DNA of 64,000 nt from Euglena gracilis (lineage: Eukaryota). Of the stretch, positions 9,976 to 23,323 are shown in pieces. The position numbers were made by a program, and so were the translations under genes. Below the pieces are notes generated by a model that searched no databases, had not been told where the DNA came from, and saw only the letters and a program-made list of their open reading frames with translations. The stretch spans positions 33,643,455-33,707,454 of the forward strand of contig CP154954.1 in assembly GCA_039621445.1 (NCBI GenBank). Direction: 5' to 3'. Each line of letters begins with the position of its first letter. Position 1 is the stretch's first letter.

Positions 9976-12900
9976 GTCCAGAGGTAGTTTGGTGACCCTC
10001 CCAGGTCGGCGAACATTTCAAAATATCTGGCACCAGGCTTCCTTTTTTTTTTAAAAAAGGAGTACCAGGGATCATTTTTAAGGCGAGAGTTTTCGAAAAG
10101 GTTACCCCCCTGGTCAGGACACAAAACTGACTGCAGTGACCCCTGCCTGCTGTATCAAGCATCCCATAGCACAAGGCCACCCCCTGGTGGCAAGATGCCT
10201 GCTGTGTTCAAATCCCCCCCGTGGCCCAACTCAGAAGATTGTTCTCAGCTGGCTGTGTGGTGAATGTCACCGCGGCAATTACTCACGGGGTTGGTTGGTT
10301 CGTAGTCATGCCAATGTCCTGAACCATGTCAAAACAAAATTGGATATTTTCAACATTAAAATTGATCAAAAATGGCCTGCCGGCTTCCCCTCCGTCCCCC
10401 AACAGGAACCGGCCGGACCCACCCCCCTCCCCCTCCCTCCCCCCCAGGGTTTCCAAGACAAAAAAAACCCTGGCTGGGAATTTTTGATTTGGAAAAATTC
10501 CCCATTTTCGGCCCCAATTCTTCCTTCAAAATTTCAATTCAAAATGCCCCCCCCCTGCTGGGGACATTTTGGGGACAGCTTAAAAATTGGGCAAAAAAGG
10601 ACAAAAAAAAGAAGTGGCAGGGACCCGGGAGGGCACAGCCGCCCCCGGACAGCCAAATTTTCACCCATTTTTCCCATCTCCCTTAGAACCCTCATGCGCA
10701 TCAGAGGGGGGGGCACTTGCCAGTGGGGGCACCAATTTTTTCAACACCTCGGGGCGCCAACAAAATGGGACAGGTTTCCCAAATAGATCTGATTCATTTA
10801 CACAGCAGGGAAGCACACCGTGATTATGCCCCGTACTTCTGTTCCACCTTGTCCGCATCTGCAAGGTCATCCACCACCGAGCCAAGCAGACGGATCAAGG
10901 TGTCGGGGGCCGAGGGGGAAGGGCGAGGCGGGGCAGCAGGCAGCGACGTCCAATCCACTTGTGCCGCAGAGGCCTGGGGGATGCAACGGAATAAAACCAG
11001 AGGGAGAAGCGTTGACATTGGACTGGGGGCAGGGAATTTCGTCAGTTCCCAGGGGGTGCAGCCAGCTGGCCCTCACCGGGCAGGGTATCAATTGAGCGGG
11101 GAGGGGGGGCATTCTGGAACCCCCATTCTCCCCTCCGCAAAACCAAATACATTTACCCGCCCCCCCCCCTTGTCGTACGACCGGGTTCCTGCAACCTGTG
11201 ACCGGGGGGTGGTCGTAAATGCGGTTTTTGGGCTGGGCCGCCGGCAACCATGTCTCTCAAACATCTTCTGCCCCATGCCACTCAGGCAGGGTGGCCCAGC
11301 CTGGGCCACCCTGCCCAGCGAGCTCCACACCCCGGGGGGAGGTCAAGAATGGTTGAAAAGGCCATCCTGCGCGAAGGCCAAGGGCTTTCCTTGGGGGGGG
11401 GGGGGGCGGTTCAGCCAGCCAGCACCTCCCAGCTGGGCGGGGGCAGAAGAACTTCCCATCCCAACACAATGAAAATTCATTGGAAAAATGGACGAAAAAA
11501 TGACCATATTTTGCCAAAATGCGTCGGCTTCAGAGGGAAAAGTGATTTCTGGCATCCTTTTGACCATCGCCCATCCATCCAAAATGCCAAAAAATGCGTT
11601 TTGACTTTTTGAATTTTGGCCCTGTTCGATCGGCCACAGGATCGGTCATTGTCCGTCCCTTGGGCCCAAGGGCGGTCCTCAAGGGGCGCTCCTGAAGGGA
11701 AAATGAAAACTTGCCGTCCCTTATCTGGGCTTGCCTTATCTATCCCCAGGCTGCAAGGACTCTGCAGACTCCCCGGGGGGGGTGGCGGGTCCACTGAAAC
11801 AAAATTTGGCCCAGCCCGGCGAAGTGGCAGTGGCTGGACCGAAAATTGCGCCGAAATTTTTTTTGAAAACAAGCGTCAAAAATGGCCAAGAATGACATTT
11901 TTGGGGTGGTTTTTGGGTCTTCCACCTCAAATTTCTGGCTGAAAATGCCAACCCAGCTGGAGGTTATACAGGCTTCTTTTCCCAACCCGGGGAGGGGGCC
12001 AAGGGTGGGGGTGCCTTGTGCCATTGGGGATCCCTGGGGGGGGGGGGGAGGGAGGAAGAACCTCCGATGCAAATCCACATGCCGGCCGACAAAACCAACC
12101 CTTGAAAAACCCTGCGGGTGGGGGGGCCAAGCGAATTTGGCACTTGTGAAAAAGCCGTCTCAAAAATGGCCAAGAATACTTTTTTTTTTTTAAGTGCTCA
12201 CCAAATTTTGCGGCCCAGCTTTGGTTATCAGGGGCAATCGGGGGGGGGCGAGTCCACAAAGGGGGGCCTGCTTGAGAAGCACAAAAGGCAGCCAATCAAA
12301 GGGGGGAAAATTCGTGCGGGCCGTGGAAAAAAAGATTTTGCTTTTCCCTCCCCTTTCTCCCCCAACCTGCCCACCTCTCCCAATTTGCCCCTTTGTTTAT
12401 TTAAAGTCATCAAAATTTTTTCCTGTGAAATAACTGGGAAGGGGTGGGAACACAAAAAAAAAAAGCAGAACTGTGTTTTGCATCATTCTCCTGCCAGTGT
12501 GAGAAATCATTCAAAAAGAAATTCTCAGACAGCCAATGCGGAACTCACCTTCGCCAAAGCAGCTGTTTTCTGCGGCGGGCGGCAGCTGCACTCCTGTTCA
12601 CCACCTGGTTGCACACCCTCCAAGATATATCCTCCACCAATGGATGGGTCAACCTTGCAAAAGGAAAAAAGGAGAGCAGTGCCCAGTGCAAAACACAAAA
12701 ACCAAAACAAAAATTGCTGAAAACAGCTTAGGAATTTGAGAAGGGGCCAGTGAAAAACTCCCCCCTCCCTGGACACTCGGGGGGGGAGTAGAATATGGCT
12801 GCCGGGCGAACTTCCTTAAAACTGTTAAACCAATAACGGGCTTCCCCACGTGAGGAATCGGGGGTGCATTCACTGGTGAACGCCACAGCAACTGTGAATG

Positions 12901-14470
12901 GTTCACTGTGTGAACAGAAAAAAAAAAAGGACAATTAATAAAAAGGATTCCAGTCACTGGTGATGTCCTGTGCACCATGATCTGTCACGGTGTGCACAAC
13001 GGGTGCACTGGGATCAGATCGGTTCACGTTTGGTTACGGTGTGCCCTGGGATCAGATTTGGATCCGGTTTGGTTAGTCAGCCGAAGGGGGGGGGTTATAG
13101 GTGGGGGGGGGGGGGGCCCGGTCCGGTTGGGAAAATCTGGACCCCCCCCAAAATGACCCCGAACCCCCCCCACAATGCAAATTTTCCCAATTGGGAAGAA
13201 TTTGGCATTGGGTGATGCAAATGAGGGATCGGGAAGGATGGCCATTTTTTGATGCTGGTCGGTCTCAAAAAAAAAATTGAAATTGAAAAAAAAATCAGTT
13301 ATTGGTGGTCTTGCAGCCAAAAAAATCGTCCCCTGGCGGATTTTCGTTTTAATTTTTCCCCACTAACATGCCTGCTAGCAGACCCCCCCCCCGGGGGGTC
13401 TGCTAGAAATCCCACTAGTCCAGCCCCCCCGGGGGGGGGGGGGGTTGGTTACGGGGTTTGGGTACTGCAATCCCTTAAGCAAAAGCCTGACAGCCACGCT
13501 GCATGGTATTCTATTTCAGAAATTCCCCAAAATTGACCAAAAGGAAAATATTGCAAAATTTACCCCAATTTCAGGTCAAAAGGCCAGAAATTGGGGGTTT
13601 TTGTTTAATGAATTCCCTTTGGCCAATTTTGGGGATTCTTGGAAATAGAATACCATGCAGCATGGCTGAAATCCAAGCTTCATTTCTGCTGAAAGCCCTT
13701 GAGAAGAGCTTTTAATCAAGGGGCAACATGGCAAGTGAAACAGTGGAATTTCGAATTCGCAAACAGGGTCGGAAAATAGGATCGTCGATTTTCGGAGCGT
13801 TGCGCAGTGTGGCTGAGTTCTGTAAGTACCAAGGGAAAGATCTTGGGGAGAGCGATCGGTTGATATGCCTATGGCCCTGAACTTTGGGATTTGACAAATC
13901 AAGGTGTCAAATTTTGAAATACGATTGCTGAAAACAGGAGCTCCATGCACTATGGATGAATTCTGTTGCCATCTGTCGAAAGCCCTTGAGGAGAGCTTTC
14001 GATTGATGGGTAACATGGCTTCAGAAGTGCAGAATCTACCAATTTTGATCGGTGACAAATTCCGACCAAAATCGCCAAATGGGTATTTGGGGAAGCCGGT
14101 GCCTAGGACGCCGGTTCGGGCTACCACCCGAACCGGCGTCCAAGACACAGTTTTCGATATAGAACCCTGACCCTTGCTGAAGGCAAGCGGGGACCTGAAA
14201 ATACCATTTTCAAGGGAGTTTGCCTGGGTCAGCACGGAAACCAAAAACCCGACCTTCCATGGGGCGGGCAGGCAACCTTTGTCTCAAGAACCAGCTTGTA
14301 ATCTTTCAAGGGGCTTTCCTTGTGAAGCTCTTCCACTTGCTTCCTGATCTCCGCCAAGTCGTTTCCACTTGGCTCCTGCAGAAGGAGGGAAGATCCTTTT
14401 TGAAAATTCGTTTGAAAATTCGGTTTCTTAATCCAAGCTGATACCCTAACACCAACTGCTCAAACCCCAA

Positions 14471-15737
14471 CCCCGACCAGGTTTTGTGCAGTGCTGAGCT
14501 CAGGGAATCGGGGTCTTAAAGACCCCAGTCCAGCCTCCGGCTGGCAAAAAGGCTGCTGGCTGGACCCCCCCCCAGGGGATAGGGAGGGGTCGCTGAGCTC
14601 TTATCCCTTTATGGGTAAGAGCGAAGCTTACCACCGGCGAAACCGCCCCCCTCGACCCCCCCCCTCCCCGCCCCGCCCCACCCCCTCGGGGCCACCAGGA
14701 GAACCGACGGATTATCACCATGATCCCGGCCCCGTTCCCGGAATTTTTTTTTCAGTTGCAAGCGACTGGATTTCTAGTTTCCGAATCACCTGGGTTTGAC
14801 CCCCAACTCCCCGCCAGGCCCGAGTTATTCACGCGCGAAGGGGTCCAAACTGGGTAGGATCGGCCCGCCCCCCCTGGATAAGCCCCCCCCCTGGACTGCC
14901 AAAAAATGTCAAATTTCAAAATATCTCCAAAATGAAGCCAAATCAAAGGAAATGTCCGGAGACCTAATTTGAAGCCCTTGGAACGCCACATCTACCGGTA
15001 TTTTGATTTCCCCCCAACTCCCCGCCCAGCCCGAGATACGGCCGTTTTCGGCGCAGATAGCCGTTTTGTACACTTTTCCCACTGTCCGACTTAGCCGTTT
15101 TCGGGGGGTGGGGGGGTCAAAAAATCGATGTTTTCAAAATTTCTCGAAAATGATGCAAAATCAAAGGAAATGTCCGGAGACCTAAATTGAAGCCCTTGGA
15201 ACGCTCTATCTACTGGGATTTTGGTTTCCCCACAACTCCCCGCCCAGCCCGAGATACGGGCGTTTTTTGGCCAATTTGGGCCGTTTCAGGCCATTTTGTA
15301 CACTTTTCCCTCTGTTCGACTTAGCCGTTTTCAGCCAAAAAACTCGAAAAAAATCGAAAATTTTTTTTGCCCGAAACGATGTTTTTTGGCCTCCCGGACC
15401 CAGAAAAACTGTTTTTGAGCCGAAAACGAGCGTTTTTCAACCCGCCAGCGCCCCGTTTTGGGCCGCCGACCCATTGACTTTGGGTCAAAACCGGGTCAAA
15501 AAAGTCGAAAAAATCGAAAAAAATTTTTGACCAAAACAATGTTTTTGGGCCTCCCGGACCTGGAAAAACTGTTTTCGAGCCGAAAATGAGCGTTTTTCGA
15601 GCCCTGTTTCTGGCACAAAACCTATGGATTTCAGGCAAAAGAGCTCCATGGAGTGGGCCGGTATGTATGGAGGGGTCAATGAAGGGGTGGGTGCGCGCTT
15701 ATTAAGAGCTCAGCACTATTCAAAACCTGGTTCGGGG
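14471..15737. mobile_element. non-autonomous TIR element with internal ~230-bp tandem units
   Basis: ACCAGGTTTTG..GTGCTGAGCTC / GAGCTCAGCAC..CAAAACCTGGT ends. A related copy with the same subterminal and internal units lies at ~42274-43793. Confidence 0.6.
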
Positions 15738-16103
15738 CTGGAGAGGGCCAGGCTGGGCTGGGTCGATGAAAAAAAAAATCTAAAACATTTTTGCCATTTT
15801 CGACATTTTGATGGGTGGTGCTGGATCAAGGTGATGGGGGGCTGTGAAGGAGGAAGCTGTGATGAAGGGGAAAATGCAGGGATAGGTGAGCTGGGCAGCC
15901 CAGTTGGCAGCCCAGTTGGCAGCCCAGCCTGCAGCCAGCTGGCCGGGCTGGACCCAACTTTATTTCACTCGACCCCCCACGGGGGCGCAAGGCGGTAGAC
16001 TGGGGGGGGGGGGGTAGTGGGTAGTCGGCCGACTACCCAATTGGTCCGCCGACTAGGCCTAGTCGGTAGCTAGTCGGCGAGACAGGGGGGGGGGTAGTGG
16101 GTA

Positions 16104-18034
16104 CCCCCCCTCCCCTTTGTCCAACGACCACCCCTTTATAATGACCACCCCCCGGTCACAGGTTGCAGGTAATGGGGGGCGTACGACCACCCCCCCTGGT
16201 CATCTGCAAAAAAAAATTTTGACGGTTTTACCAAGCGGTAGATTTCCCACCTCCCCCGCTACAGCTGCTATGTTCCGCCCCCCGGCAACGTCAGAGCCAG
16301 ATCCCAAAAAGGTGGTGTTGTTTGCAAAAGCAACACGTGGAATTTGGGGTTTGGCACATGTTTTCAACGGGAACCTTTACCTCACAAAAGATCTGTTCGA
16401 TGGGGATTTTATCCTGAAAATTGTTGTATCGCCGGAAGAAAGGCTTCTATACCGTGCCCGCGGAATAGTGCCTGCCCCGCACCCCTTCGGTGTAGCATTT
16501 ACACAGCAGCAGTCTGGCGCTGTCGTTCATGACACCCCCTCAGGAGCAGCCGCTGTGTTCGGGCTTACCTCCTTTATGATTTTTTTCCGCTTTTCGCTGT
16601 GCGTGAGTCTTTGCCCCCTTTAAAACCTATTTTCTGGGCCCGACGCCTGTCTTGAAATTCTACTGACATTAACGGATTTCAGGCTGAAATTGTTTATGTC
16701 GGTCGATTTCCTTTCAGGCGCCCGTTTATGTCAGTCGATTTCCATTCAGGCGCCCGTTTATGTAAGTCGATTTCCATTCAGGCGCCCGTTTATGAAAGTC
16801 GATTTCCATTCAGGCGCCCGTTTATGAAAGTCGATTTCCATTCCATTGAAATCTGTTGCTAGTCAGATTGGGAATTTTTAGTGATTTTTTGGACATTTTG
16901 TATTTCCATTTTTTTCGACATTTTTGGTCCTATGGGGTTGTGGAGGAGTTATGGATCAGACAAAAACCAAATTTTGTGGCCAGGTGATCACAGCTGGCTG
17001 AACTTTGGATGGAACAGACGGAAGGACGGTACTTAAGATTATTATTTTCTGGATCTTCAGAAAAAGCATTCGGCATATTTGTCCTGAACCAGTTGTCATC
17101 ACTGGTCATCTAAAAGAAAAGCTTTCGGGTGAGGAGTTATTTGGCAATGTCAACCCTATTTTCTGGGCTCGACGCCTGTATTGCAATTATATTGACATCA
17201 TCGGATTTCGGGCCAAGGCTGTGTTCATAGCAAAAGGCTGTGTTCATGGCTTTGGTCAAAATCTGTGTTTGTAATAAAACGCAGACTCTGGCCTGAGTCT
17301 CTGTTTCGAAACGCTGAGTCTGTTATTCGGCCTGAGTCTGCGTTTCGAAACGCAGACTCAGGTCAGAGTCTGCGTTTAAGAAGCAGTTCTTGATATAGAG
17401 ATTGAAAAAAAGAAAAAAGCATTCCGAAAAAAAAGAGACAAAATGTTGGTCGACATTAACAGGTTTCAGGCTGAAACTGAAAATGTCCCAAAACGGAACA
17501 AAAAGGCATTTAAAAAAGGAAACAAAAGGTTGGTCGATTTCCAAGACATCGGAAACCGTTTATGTCAGTCGATTTCCATTCAGGCGCCCGTTTATGACAG
17601 TCGATTTCCATTCAGGCGCCCGTTTATGTCATCGATTTCCATTCAGGCGCCCGTTTATGAAAGTCGATTTCCATTCAGGCGCCGTTTATGTCAGTCGATT
17701 TCCATTCAGGCGCCCGTTAATGGGCCAAAAACCACTTTTTTGACCATATTTCCGTCCAGGCGGTTCGGTCGAATGAATATCAAGACAGGCGTCGGGCCCA
17801 GACAAAATAGGTTTTAGAAAAATCGACCGACACTAACAGATTCAGCAAGGGCGCCGGGCGGCTCGCTTCGCTCGCTCGCGCCCGGCGCCCCTGCTGAATC
17901 TGTTAGTGTCGGTCGATTTTTGTATAAAAATGACCACCCCCCGGTCACAGGTTGCAGGTGATGGGGGGCGTACGACCGCCCCCCCTGGTCATAGGTTGCA
18001 GGTAAATGGTCGTTGGACAAAGGGAGGGGGGGGG
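16104..18034. mobile_element. nested TIR element (GGTCACAGGTTGCAGG subterminal-motif family)
   Basis: CCCTCCCCTTTGTCCAACGACCA / TGGTCGTTGGACAAAGGGAGGG inverted pair. The same subterminal motif recurs near 11187, 22810, 23214, 23290 and 23751. Confidence 0.6.
16619..17921 (+). mobile_element. Helentron/HINE (DINE-1)-like non-autonomous element
   Basis: ~35-bp subterminal inverted repeats (16621-16655, 17780-17816), 32-bp tandem arrays (16703-16842, 17556-17718), a ~104-bp 3' terminal hairpin (17818-17921), T-rich ends, no TSD. Confidence 0.6.
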
Positions 18035-18053
18035 TAGTCGGCCGACTACCCAC

Positions 18054-19250
18054 TCTAATGTACTAACGGGTCAAAACCGCCGACTTTTAAGCCCCCCCCC
18101 ATGAACAAAATCCAATGCAAACTAGTCGGTGGCTAGTCGGCGGTCATAAAAATGGTCTGTGTCGGGCCCAAAACACCCGGAAATGGTCCGGATGGGTCCA
18201 AATAAGTGTCTTACGCCTAAATAAACACCCCCAGATGGAAATCTTTGGTCGGTGGGGGTCGGTGGGCCCTTGATGGGGGTCCGGAGTGGTAAAAAACCAA
18301 TGATGAAACAGGTATTACATGAAAATCCTTTAGAAATGCAAGCATTCTGCATCACGAGAGGCAGAAAACTCCCCCCTCCACCCCAATCCGAGCCTCAAAT
18401 AACAAAATCCCTTCTGTGTTGGCAACATACTCGGGGGCTAAGTCGTTTTTGTGGCTCACTTTGGCATAGGCGGGGGGGGGGGCTCCACCCCCCCACCCCC
18501 CCCCTCAAATAACAAAATCCCTTCTATGTTGGCAATAGACTTGGCTTGATAAGACCTTTTTTGGCAATGTTGGCAATAGACTTGGAGGGATAAGACCTTT
18601 TTTTTGTGCAAATTTTGACTTTTCTTGAAAATTCAATGGTCCGGATGGGTCCAAATAAATGTCTTACGCCTAAATAAACACCCCCAGATGGAAATCTTTC
18701 GTCAGTGGGGGGGTCGGTGGGCCCTTGATGGGAGTCCAAAAAGGTAAAAAACCACTGATGAAACAGGGATTACATGAAAATCCTTTAGGAATGCAAGCAT
18801 TCTGCATCACGAGAGGCAGAAAACTCCCCCCTCCACCCCAATCCAAGCCTCAAATAACAAAATCCCTTCTGTGTTGGCAACATACTCGGGGGCTAAGTCG
18901 TTTTTGTGGCTCACTTTGGCATAGGCGGGGGGGGGGGGCTCCGCCCCCCCCCCGCACCCCCCCCCTCAAATAACAAAATCCCTTCTATGTTGGCAATAGA
19001 CTTGGCCTGATAAGACCTTTTTTGTGCAAATTTTGACTTATATTGAAAATTCAATGGGGAGAGGTGTACTTTTGCCAAAAGTGGCCCAAAATGGACATTT
19101 TCCCCCAATTTTTTTTGCATATTCACCCCCGATTGGGGGGTTCTGGAGCCATTTGGGTGGGTTTTGACTGGTTTTGAGGTGATTTAGACAAAAAAAATTT
19201 CCCAGGGGGGGGCTTAAAAGTCGGCGGTTTTGACCCGTTAGTACATTAGA
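18054..19250. mobile_element. nested TIR element with an internal ~470-bp duplication
   Basis: ~45-bp inverted repeat CTAATGTACTAACGGGTCAAAACCGCCGACTTTTAAGCCCCCC; 18182-18550 is duplicated at ~18636-19020. Confidence 0.65.
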
Positions 19251-19700
19251 GTGGGTAGTCGGCCGACTTGTCGGCCGACTGCCCAATTGGTCTGCCGACT
19301 AGTCGGCCGACCAATTAGTCGGCCGACTACCCAATTGATCGGCCGACTACCCACTACCCCCCCCCCCAGTCTACCGTTTGGCACTCCCGGGGGGGGGGGG
19401 GGCTCCCAGCCCGAATTTGGGCTACTGACTGGATTTGAACTGGAAATGACCCAAAATGCATGGTTTTCGAGAACGGGGGCTGGGGGGGGGGGTCAAAAAA
19501 CACTCATTTTCGGCTGGAAAGCAGTTTTTCCAAGTCTGGGAGGCCGGCCAGAAAAGCCTTTCTCGATTTTTTAACTTTTTTTTGTCTGAAATGGTCAAAA
19601 ACAGCGGAGTCGGAAGCCTGCCGCGCTTTTAGGGCCGTTAATCGGCCATATCTCGGGCTATCAGATAGGGCGTTTCAAGGGCTTCCCAATTCAGGTTTCC

Positions 19701-20274
19701 TTTAAGGCCTATTTTCTTTGCCCGACGCCTGTCTTGAATTTCCAGACTCAAACGGAATTCAGGCTGAACTTTTTCATGTCAGTCGACTTCCATTCAGGCG
19801 CGCGTTACACCTAGCGTCTGAAATGTTTGCCACGGTTGGCAAAAACATATGCCCCAACCTGTCAAAATTTTTGCCCAGCGCCCTCAAAAAAAGTTGCCCA
19901 AAGGTCTCGAAAATTTTTGCACTGCACCTGCACTGCGCAATGGAAAAAGATGCACTCCGGTTGAGATTTCAAAGGACAATTGTGCAAAACACCCGATCCA
20001 AGTGCAAAAATTTTCGGAACGGTTTTGGGACAAGGTGCAAAAAATTTGGGATAAAGTGCACAAAAAATGACGGGAAATGCAAAATTGTGCGGTGTGAAAT
20101 GCGAAAAATTCAGGCGTTAGGTGTATTGGGCCAAAAAACACTTTTTGGGTTTCGCTTCAGTCGAATGAAATTCAAGACAGGCGTGCGGGTCCAGACAAAA
20201 TGGGTTTTAGTGAAATCGACCGACACTTACAGATTCAGCAGTCACTGGGCCACTCGCTTCGCTCGATGGCCCAG
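19701..20274 (+). mobile_element. second, divergent HINE-like copy; terminal hairpin interrupted by another element
   Basis: Same subTIRs (CCGACGCCTGTCTTGAA / TTCAAGACAGGCGT) and the same hairpin left arm AAATCGACCGACACT-ACAGATTCAGCA. Confidence 0.55.
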
Positions 20275-20831
20275 CGGGGCTCATTGCGGGAAATTGGTGA
20301 TGGATTTTTTGGTGGTCGCTAGCGACTGTTGGTGATGGCCAAACAAACATTGGTGATCGGGGCGACCAGTTGCAAGACCACCAATAATTAGTCCACCTCC
20401 CCTTCTAAAAAACTCTTAAGCCCCCCTTCCAAAAAAAATTCATACAAATGTGAAGGAAAATGACCGGCTTTTGGGACGCCTGGTTCAGGACAGAACCGCG
20501 TCCCTCCCACGGGTTTTCCGGACGCTGGTTCTGTCCTAAAACCCGGGGTTAGGGACGCCGGTTCTGTCCAAAACTGGCGTGCGTTTTGTCATTCCTAAAA
20601 ATGTCATAAAAAGTGCCCCAAAATGGCCCTGAGGTCCTGAGATGACTGTTTTAAGCACGCACCACAATGAATTTGCCATTTGGGAGGGAAAAACCAATTT
20701 TGGTGAAAATTGGCCCTGTTTGGAAATAGAGTAGCTTTCGAATGAGGGGCGCCCACGAGATGAGACTTGGCACCCTGACGTTGCACGCAGCCCGAGATAC
20801 GCCCACGATCGTCGGATCGGCCAGAATCTAA

Positions 20832-22268
20832 GGCCCCGAGCGAGAAATTTGGTGATGTTCTTTTTGGTGGTCGCTAGCGACCATTTTCTAGCGACTAGTC
20901 GCTAGCGACCATTGGTGATAGGGTCGCTAGCGACTAGTCGCTAGCGACCACCAATTTTAAGTCCACCCCCCCCCTCTAAAAAAGTTTTTAAGCCCCCCCC
21001 CTCCAAAAAAAATTCATTCAAATATGAAAGAAAATGACTCGAAACCCACCCAAATGTCTTCAGAAACCTCCATTCGGGGGTCCATCTGCAAAAACTTTTG
21101 GGTAATATCTTCTTTTTGCGCCAGTTCTGTGAAAGTTGTCTTTGTCCAGGAGATAAGGAGCACGATTCGGCCTTCCTTGCCTTGCACACACAAGGGGATT
21201 TTGTTATTGGAGGGCGGGGGGGGGTCGGGGGGGGGCGGCAGCCCCCCCCGCTAGACGACCAAGGTCCCCGAAGTCGCCTTAGTACTGTTTTGTTTACGGT
21301 GCGCGTGGCATTACCGTGCCCCCCCCCCCTTTATGTACCTCCCCCCGGGAGGCCAAAACCGGGCAGGAGGTACATAATGGGGGGGAGGTACACAATGGGG
21401 GGGGGCAAGTTTTTCTTTGGCGGGACATGGGAGCAGGTGGATGCTACCCCCCCCCATTATGTACCTCCCCCCCCCAGGGGGTACACAATGGGGGGGGTAC
21501 ACAATGGGGGGGGCATGGTACATGCGCGCCTGGCCGTTGGGCCGGTTCCCCCCCGGAGGGGATTTTGTTATGGGGGGGGGGGGGGGGGCAGCCCCCCCCC
21601 CCCGCTAGACGACCAAGGGCGCCGAAGGCGCCTTAGGACTGTTTTGTTTACGGTGCGCGTGGCATTAAATGCGCGCCTGGCCCTTGGGTCGGTTACCCCC
21701 GGAGGGGATCTTGTTATTGGAGGGCGGGGGGGGGTGCGGGGGGGGGGGGGGGGGCGGCAGCCCCCCCCCCCCCCGCTAGACGACCAAGGGCGCCGAAGGC
21801 GCCTTAGGACTGTTTTGTTTACGGGCGCGCCTGGCTTTTGTTTACGGTGCGCGTGGGCCGACTAAGTTCGCATATCGGGGTTCCTTCGGGAGCACAATTT
21901 GGCCCTCCTACTGCAGCCTCCTCCGGGGGACCCCCCCCCCCGCACCCCCACCCGTCCAACTGAACTCCTGGACAAAGACAACTTTCTCAGAACTGGCGCA
22001 AAAAGAACATATTACCCTTTTTTTTGCAAATGGACCCCCGAATGGGGGTTTCTGAAGGCATTTGGGTGGGTTTCGAGTCGTTTTCCTTCATATTTCAATG
22101 AAAAAAATTTGGAGGGGGGGGCTTAAAAAAAATTTTAGAGGGGGGGGGGTGGACTTAAAATTGGTGGTCGGGCCGACTAGTCGGCCCGACCACCAATGGT
22201 CGCTAGGCCATCACCAACAGTCGCTAGCGACCACCAAAAAATCCATCACCAATTTCCCGCAATGAGCC
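20832..22268. mobile_element. MULE/foldback-like element
   Basis: ~300-bp imperfect TIRs (20832-21150 vs 21967-22268); 9-bp TSD AGAATCTAA (20823-20831, 22269-22277); internal ~180-bp tandem units. A further left end sits at 20278. Confidence 0.75.
21314..21518. mobile_element. TA-targeting (Tc1/mariner-type) MITE
   Basis: TA|CCGTGCCCCCC...GGGGGGCATGG|TA. The empty site GGCATTAAATGCGCG is present in the neighbouring tandem unit (21661-21675). Confidence 0.8.
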
Positions 22269-23323
22269 AGAATCTAAGGCGAAACTTGTCGTGATTTTTG
22301 GTGCTGTTTGCTTTAAGATGCTTAATGAACCACACAGAAACAATTTTTCTCTTCGAATATCAGAATTGTGAAATTAGGATTTCCCAGCGACAAGAAACTA
22401 GAGCACTGTGGCCTGCTGCCGCCCCCCCCCCCCCCCATAGCAAAATCCCCTTTTGTCACGGAACAGGCGCGAGAAGAAGATATTAACTCAAGAAAATCGA
22501 CAGAAGATATCTCAAGAAAATGAATCTCTTTTGGAAGTGTCGGTCAGATGCCCCTGGAGTCTATCGCCCCCATTTTCCGTTTTAGCTGCCGACGCGCCTG
22601 GCCCGTGTTCCAGCGCTTTTGTGGTGCTTTTGTGGTCCAAAATTGCCATTTTGGGGGTGCTTTTTTGGTTATTGTTCGCCACTTGACCGCCACCCCCAAA
22701 CAGCAGAGTCAAAAATTTTGGTTAGGGTTAGGGTCAGGGTTAGGTGGCGGTCGAGTTGCGAACAAATACCTGTTCTTTTACCTGCCCCCCCCTTGTCGTA
22801 TGACCGGGTTCCTGCAACCTGTGACGGGGGCAGACAATTGCTTAAGCACTGACCAACCCCCCCCCCCCGCGGGGGGGTGACTGGTTTTTTCAAAGTGACT
22901 GACTGGTTTTTGGCCCGGACCCCTCCCCCCCCCCCCGGGGGGGGGGTCGGCCAGGAGTGGGCAAAAGTGGCTTGAGTGACCCCGGCGCCGAAGGCGCCGG
23001 AAAAATTTTTTGGGCCTAAAATGGCCTAAAGTGACTGGAAAGTGGCCGTTTTACTGAGTGGCCGACCCCCCCGGGGGGGGGGTAGTGACTGGCTGGTTTT
23101 TTGAAAATGAGTGACTGACTGGTTTTTTAAAAAGTGGAGTGACCCCCCCTCCCCGCCCCGGGGGTCGGTAAGCAATTGTATGGACGGGGGGGGGGGTCGT
23201 AACACCCCCATAACCTGCAACCTGTGACCGAGGGGGTAGTCGTAAATGAGGAGGCGGTCACAGGTAAAGTGGTGTTAAATTTTTCGCAACCTGCAACCTG
23301 TGACCCGGGGGGGGGGGGGGGGG

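Larger units (their letters stand above)
15996..19373. mobile_element. composite non-autonomous TIR element with TAGAC...GTCTA ends and nested insertions
   Basis: TAGACTG(G)nTAGTGGGTAGTCGGCCGA at the left end and its reverse complement at the right end; repeated GTAGTCGGCCGACTAC palindromes near both ends. Confidence 0.7.

Noticed and set aside
13500-14440. Coding-like minus-strand stretch (222-aa ORF)
   Set aside because: Multiple stops in the most protein-like frame and no recognisable domain.
16703-17718. 32-bp repeats (GTCGATTTCCATTCAGGCGCCCGTTTATG) resembling a CRISPR array
   Set aside because: Head-to-tail with only ~3 variable nt and no unique spacers, no cas genes, eukaryotic context; they are internal tandem repeats of a HINE-like element.
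22720-22744. TTAGGG-like repeats
   Set aside because: Only about four degenerate units inside a repeat element; not a telomere.
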